A stretch of 64,000 bases of DNA from the NCBI GenBank assembly GCA_903884005.1, contig CAISDA010000040.1, forward strand, positions 1,539-65,538, in the 5' to 3' direction. The notes beneath the pieces were generated by a model. The model was not told the DNA's origin. It saw only the letters and a program-made list of their open reading frames with translations, and made no database searches. This stretch comes from an uncultured Ignavibacteriota bacterium (lineage in GTDB: Bacteria > Bacteroidota > Ignavibacteria > UBA10030 > UBA8401). Shown in pieces: positions 59,478 to 64,000 of the stretch (position 1 is its first letter; each line of letters starts with the position of its first letter). The position numbers were made by a program, and so were the translations under genes.

Positions 59478-61694
59478 TTACGGAGTCACCGGATCATTGG
59501 CGCCGCCGGTCAGACGATTGATCGTCTTCAGGGCCTCCGACTTCACCTCCGGCGCATGCGATGCATCGGCGATGACAACACGGCACGCATCGATGAATTC
59601 ATCGCGCCGTGAAGAGAACGAATACCAGCCCATCGCTTCGATCGCGGCCGTGCGGACACGCGGATTATTTTTCATGTTCGTTGCGATGTTCACCAGCGCG
59701 GGTATCGCTTTCCGGTAATTGTACAGGCGGAACGTTCTGATCGTCGATACGCGCGCTTTCACCGACAGCGTATCGCTCAGGCTCAACGGGATCAGGTCGG
59801 AATCCACACGCGACCGTGAATACGCTAGAGAGCGCTTGAACGACGAAAGGAACGCCGTTTTCTGCGAACCATCGGCGACAGTACCTACCGTCCCCTGGAG
59901 CGACTCCGCCATAACGTCGAGACCGATCTTATCCATTGCATTGTGCGCGCCATACCGTACGCGCTCCGACGGGTCTGTCATTGCCGCCTTCAGGATCGCG
60001 GGTGCAAATTCCGATTTGCCTATCTCCCCCATCCACATGACGGACATCCGGCGAATGAACTCGTACGGATCGTCGATCCCTGCGGCCAGGGCCTTCTCGA
60101 ACGACGCGGAGCGCAGTGCCGCGAGACACTTCAAGGCAGACATCCGCACGTTGAACGAGGGATCGGCCTCGAAGATGGAGAGCAGTTCCTTATCAAACGC
60201 CTTCCCTTCGTTCTCGAACACCATGGTCACAGCCAGCGCGCGGAGCGTCACGTCTTGTTCCGTCAGCATTTTTCTCCACACGGCGTTGTCGCGCCTTTTC
60301 GTCGAGAGCAATGATTGAATGTCGGTTGTCGACCGGGACGTAAAACGAAATGTGGGATCGCCGATGATATGCGTCTCGAGCGCAGTGCGGAACCGATGCC
60401 ACGATCCGATGCGAACTCCGTACCCGTACAATCCGATCAATTCAGTCGACCATATATCCTGGAGGATATTGACGGAATTTCCCGCGGCGGCGACGGTTCT
60501 CCCGTTCCCGAATACGTATTTTCCGGCCATATAATCGAGTTCATGGAAACTGCCGTTAAAGCATTCGTCGAACATGACGAAATACGGCTGCGGCGCAATT
60601 CCGTCTATGTCTGCGGGATGGATATCCTGCTTTTCATCGTCAACGGAATCTGCAATCGTGACCGAATCGGTGAACGCGTCGGCGAACCATTCTCTTGGAA
60701 TTTTGTAATCGTCGGCGAAATGGCTGAGTTCCGCATCGGTCGATTTCTTGTGTCGTTTTGCAGTACGCAATTTTGACCGGACGAACCTCTTGATCGCCTG
60801 TATGTTGTGGTCCATCATGAACGTCGGCGGCTCGCCAACGATCAACTGGGCATCGACGGCGCCGTGCGCATGAAAGATCGCCAGATCCAGATCGGGATTC
60901 TGTAATTTCTGGAGCAGGACCGCTTTCATTTCATGATCGCTCGCATAATTAAGATTCTGGATTTTCCCCCCCGGCTGATAGAGCGAAGGAAACATCTCTC
61001 TCATCGCGAAACTGTTGCCTTCCCACGACGACAGCGACTCTGAATGATACCCGTGTCCGGTAAAGACGAGGGCATTATCCAGAACCCGGTGCTCCTTCTT
61101 TTCTTTGACAAGGCGCTCGAAATATTTTTTCAGCAGAGCATATTTCTTCTCGCCTTCAACGGGCGCTTTAATGCGTCCGCTGTACATGTCGCGGTCGACG
61201 CGCTGCGGCGATTCCGCATCGAGTGAGTAGTAGAAATACAGCTTCCGCACAGAATCCTGTTTCACGAACGTGAATTTCAATTCCAGATCGTCATAGAACC
61301 TGTCCGAAGGCACCGACGAGCGGATCCACGCCGCCTCCGGCGCCAATTTGAACGCGGTCGTCATATGCTGCGCATCCCGGATCATCGGTATCGGGATGTC
61401 GCCGACAAGCGCGAATCCTTCCAATCCGGGTTTCTTGCCGTAGAGCTCTGTGATGACCTGTTTCACCTGCTCGGGATTCTTCCAATCGTCGATGACAATA
61501 TAGGATGGGAGTCCGTCCTGTTCAACACTCGTCCGATACGCATCCACTGCATCGCCGATCGTGCGGTACGTCGCCGCGTCCACAATGATCGCAAATGTTG
61601 ATGCGCCTGTTGTGGTCGGCTTTTTGATCGTAACTTCGGCGTCAAGAGAGCCGACAATGCAACATAGTACTACTCCAAGCGCTATACGCTTCAT
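59478..61694 (-). CDS. Secreted protein: peptidase C25/clan CD-like N-terminal region plus C-terminal HEAT repeats
   Basis: Signal peptide; LVGDIP, PSDRFYDD, SGRI, FHAHG, DECFNG; repeats such as DPSFNVRMSALKCL, DPYEFIRR, DPSERVR, NPRVRTAAIEAMG. Confidence 0.75.
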   Translation of the reverse strand: MKRIALGVVLCCIVGSLDAEVTIKKPTTTGASTFAIIVDAATYRTIGDAVDAYRTSVEQDGLPSYIVIDDWKNPEQVKQVITELYGKKPGLEGFALVGDIPIPMIRDAQHMTTAFKLAPEAAWIRSSVPSDRFYDDLELKFTFVKQDSVRKLYFYYSLDAESPQRVDRDMYSGRIKAPVEGEKKYALLKKYFERLVKEKKEHRVLDNALVFTGHGYHSESLSSWEGNSFAMREMFPSLYQPGGKIQNLNYASDHEMKAVLLQKLQNPDLDLAIFHAHGAVDAQLIVGEPPTFMMDHNIQAIKRFVRSKLRTAKRHKKSTDAELSHFADDYKIPREWFADAFTDSVTIADSVDDEKQDIHPADIDGIAPQPYFVMFDECFNGSFHELDYMAGKYVFGNGRTVAAAGNSVNILQDIWSTELIGLYGYGVRIGSWHRFRTALETHIIGDPTFRFTSRSTTDIQSLLSTKRRDNAVWRKMLTEQDVTLRALAVTMVFENEGKAFDKELLSIFEADPSFNVRMSALKCLAALRSASFEKALAAGIDDPYEFIRRMSVMWMGEIGKSEFAPAILKAAMTDPSERVRYGAHNAMDKIGLDVMAESLQGTVGTVADGSQKTAFLSSFKRSLAYSRSRVDSDLIPLSLSDTLSVKARVSTIRTFRLYNYRKAIPALVNIATNMKNNPRVRTAAIEAMGWYSFSSRRDEFIDACRVVIADASHAPEVKSEALKTINRLTGGANDPVTP

Positions 61695-61730
61695 AACAAA
61701 CACCCTTCATGTGGAATATGTATAAATATT

Positions 61731-63590
61731 TTATTTCAGGAGCAGCATTTTCTTCGAAGCGGCAAAGGACCCTGCTTCGATGCGGTACATGTACATGCCG
61801 CTCGAGACCCGGGCTCCGTTATTGTTTTTGCCGTTCCACGTCGTTTCAAAATATCCCGCGTTCATCATGCCGTCGACGAGCGTGCACACTTCGCGGCCAA
61901 GCATGTCATAGACCGCGAGCTTCGCCATCGATTGCTGCGGCAGCGCAAAGCGGATCTGTGTTGTCGGGTTGAATGGGTTCGGATAATTATTGCCGAGTTC
62001 GTATGCCGTCGGTAATCCGTTGTGCACACTGTTTACGCCTGTGGCCTTAAGGGGCTTTGTGATGCTTTCATCGGCGCCCATATAGGGTAATGTCGCGCTC
62101 CGGGTATCTCCGTCGATATCAGTGGTAATGCCGAGCCCGGTCGTTCCGGCTAAATTCGAATTGCCGAGTGAGGCGCCGGCGAGATGAAGATCGGTCGATG
62201 AAACAAACACCACGGTATCGGTCTTCGAATTGGCATCGCCGGCCGACGCCGTCTGCCAATTGGCGAGCGAGATCTGCGCAACGGTTAAAAATCCAATGCG
62301 TCCGCTGACCGTCGAAATGTCGTTGTAGTCCGAGAGCAGTGTCGCAGTGGTCGTATTTTTATAGATCCCATACGACGACGTCGTGTTGTACGTATTGACG
62401 ATAATATTGTTTTTGAGCGTCACCTTTGTGACCGAACCGACAAACACACCGGCCACATTCCCTGTCGTATTGCAATTTGACGACAGCATGATCGTGTTGT
62501 GATACACGTTATACGTTCCCGAATCGGACGTGGCGCCTAAGGACATCGCATACTGCGCTGCCGTCGGAACGGTCGTGGTATAGAGATCGACCATGTCACC
62601 GATGAAATTATTATAAATATTTACCACCGTTGTGGGCGATCCCACAGTACAGGAGATCGCATTCGATCCCGAAGAGGCGGCATTCGATTTCAGCGTCACG
62701 ATTTTATTATTAAACACATTGGCGGTGCCGGCAAGAGTCCGCAATTGGATCCCATAGACGCTGAATGATGTTGCAATGGAAGGCGATGTTACCTTGTTGC
62801 CCGATATTTCAATGAATTTGCCCGCGGCGCCTAAATAATAGGCATAAATTCCTCTCCAGCGCGAGGTGACGGCATTATTCTTCACGGTCACCGATGTGCC
62901 ATAGATCTGAGGGGCTGTGATGTATCCCTGGATGCTGACGCCATACGTCGGCATGACAACCGTATCGGCGATCTGGCAATTCTCGATGGTGAAATTATCG
63001 GTCGCTCCCGCCGCCGTGCCGATCACGTTGATCGCGGAAGTCGGATCGCCCGCATTGACATTGGGATAAATTGCCTGGTAGAGCAGCTTTGTGTTCTTGA
63101 TGGAGATATTGTCGCAGTTCCCGTAGATGTTCACCACATTTCTGCCGGCCGCGACATCGCTGATCTGAAACGTCAGATCCCTTGTCGCTCCGCTCGCGGT
63201 ATTCGACCCGTCGATCGTGATGTAACTGGTGCACGAATCGGTAAAGCCGCTGTATTGATTGGCTCCGGAGGCGGAGGAACATCCGCTGATAGTGACAACC
63301 GGCGATTTCCCCGCGGCGGGTTTGAATGTAACGGTATTGGCAGCCGTTGGCGCATTGGTCACGGCCTTGATCAGCAGAGTGGCGCCGGTTTCAGCATACG
63401 CCGCGTCTGTAAGCGAAAAAACAACCGGTCCCGAAACACCATTGGCATTTAAGGCCGCGATCGCCGCGGCGATCGTGGTATAATCTCCGCCGGTGCCGAC
63501 TGTTTTTGTGCCGCTCAACTGCGCGTTACCCGCCACTGCATATGCAAGCACCAGTAATGTCACACGCGTCATGTATCGGAAGAATCTCAT
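61731..63590 (-). CDS. Secreted beta-helix-rich protein with T9SS/FlgD-like C-terminal sorting domain
   Basis: Signal peptide, GGDYTTIAAA, repeated NxxxxNN beta-helix turns, TDIDGDTR...YMGADE, NNYPNPFNPTT...KKMLLLK. Confidence 0.85.
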   Translation of the reverse strand: MRFFRYMTRVTLLVLAYAVAGNAQLSGTKTVGTGGDYTTIAAAIAALNANGVSGPVVFSLTDAAYAETGATLLIKAVTNAPTAANTVTFKPAAGKSPVVTISGCSSASGANQYSGFTDSCTSYITIDGSNTASGATRDLTFQISDVAAGRNVVNIYGNCDNISIKNTKLLYQAIYPNVNAGDPTSAINVIGTAAGATDNFTIENCQIADTVVMPTYGVSIQGYITAPQIYGTSVTVKNNAVTSRWRGIYAYYLGAAGKFIEISGNKVTSPSIATSFSVYGIQLRTLAGTANVFNNKIVTLKSNAASSGSNAISCTVGSPTTVVNIYNNFIGDMVDLYTTTVPTAAQYAMSLGATSDSGTYNVYHNTIMLSSNCNTTGNVAGVFVGSVTKVTLKNNIIVNTYNTTSSYGIYKNTTTATLLSDYNDISTVSGRIGFLTVAQISLANWQTASAGDANSKTDTVVFVSSTDLHLAGASLGNSNLAGTTGLGITTDIDGDTRSATLPYMGADESITKPLKATGVNSVHNGLPTAYELGNNYPNPFNPTTQIRFALPQQSMAKLAVYDMLGREVCTLVDGMMNAGYFETTWNGKNNNGARVSSGMYMYRIEAGSFAASKKMLLLK

Positions 63591-63645
63591 GAGTGTTTCT
63601 CCTTTGAATGATAAAAAGTTATTTCGGTTTGTAGTATTCAAATAT

Positions 63646-64000
63646 TTATTTCATCAAGATCATTCTCTTTGCCGCCGTCAGGCCGGATGAAGTGAGTGTA
63701 TAGAAATAGACGCCGCTGGAGAGCGCATGCGCATCGAACACCGCTGAGTATCTTCCCGCTTCGTGCATGCCGAGGGAGAGTGTCGCAACTTCCTGCCCAA
63801 GCATGTTGAACACTTTTAAGGTCATCACTCCGCGTGTGGATGTCGAATACTTGATCGTCGTCGACGGATTAAAAGGGTTGGGATAATTCTGGTCCAGTGA
63901 GAATGTGCCCGGCACCGTACTTGCAGACGTAACACTCGTCGACGGGGCGTCCGTAAACACATTGCCGATCGACGTGCAGATCCACGCACTGCCGTCCGGT
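63646..64000 (-). CDS. T9SS type A sorting domain protein, 3' end only
   Basis: LDQNYPNPFNPST...SGVYFY...KRMILMK; frame open to window end. Confidence 0.85.
   Translation of the reverse strand, partial: PDGSAWICTSIGNVFTDAPSTSVTSASTVPGTFSLDQNYPNPFNPSTTIKYSTSTRGVMTLKVFNMLGQEVATLSLGMHEAGRYSAVFDAHALSSGVYFYTLTSSGLTAAKRMILMK

Overview
Core-genome window of an Ignavibacteria-like (FCB group) bacterium, judged from T9SS-type CTD proteins (NYPNPFNP), bshC, SD-led genes and TTG-17-TAT(A/T)TT promoters. It holds: tRNA-Leu(GAG) and two tRNA-Ser; an arginine-catabolism operon (OTCase, carbamate kinase, a divergent ATCase-like protein, ornithine aminotransferase, an ArcE/arginine-synthetase-like ATPase, then maf and a B12-binding subunit); a family B DNA polymerase with an apparently dead proofreading domain; rimP-nusA-infB-rbfA-truB-ribF-rpsO-pnp-aroA-ABC ATPase; bshC; yqeY-cvpA-mutS2-purL; a clear XerCD dif site at 32710-32737, suggesting the window spans the replication terminus; a minus-strand block psd-pssA-purS-purQ-tatA-tatA-gatA-sucD-ndk-NUDIX-dapF; Nif3-Zn ribbon-RNase HI-rnpB-recJ-yebC-ruvC-ruvA; prs-rplY-pth-rpsF-rpsR-rplI-argH; an M16 peptidase; a C25-like/HEAT protein and further T9SS cargo. 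Two copies of a MITE with a REP-like core and near-perfect 8-bp flanking duplications are present. The best candidate for an undescribed system is the deiminase-free, ArcE-type arginine operon carrying an extra transcarbamylase whose aspartate-binding residues are replaced (K to D, R to H, Q to D), behind a long structured leader. All calls are by eye from motifs; no searches were run.
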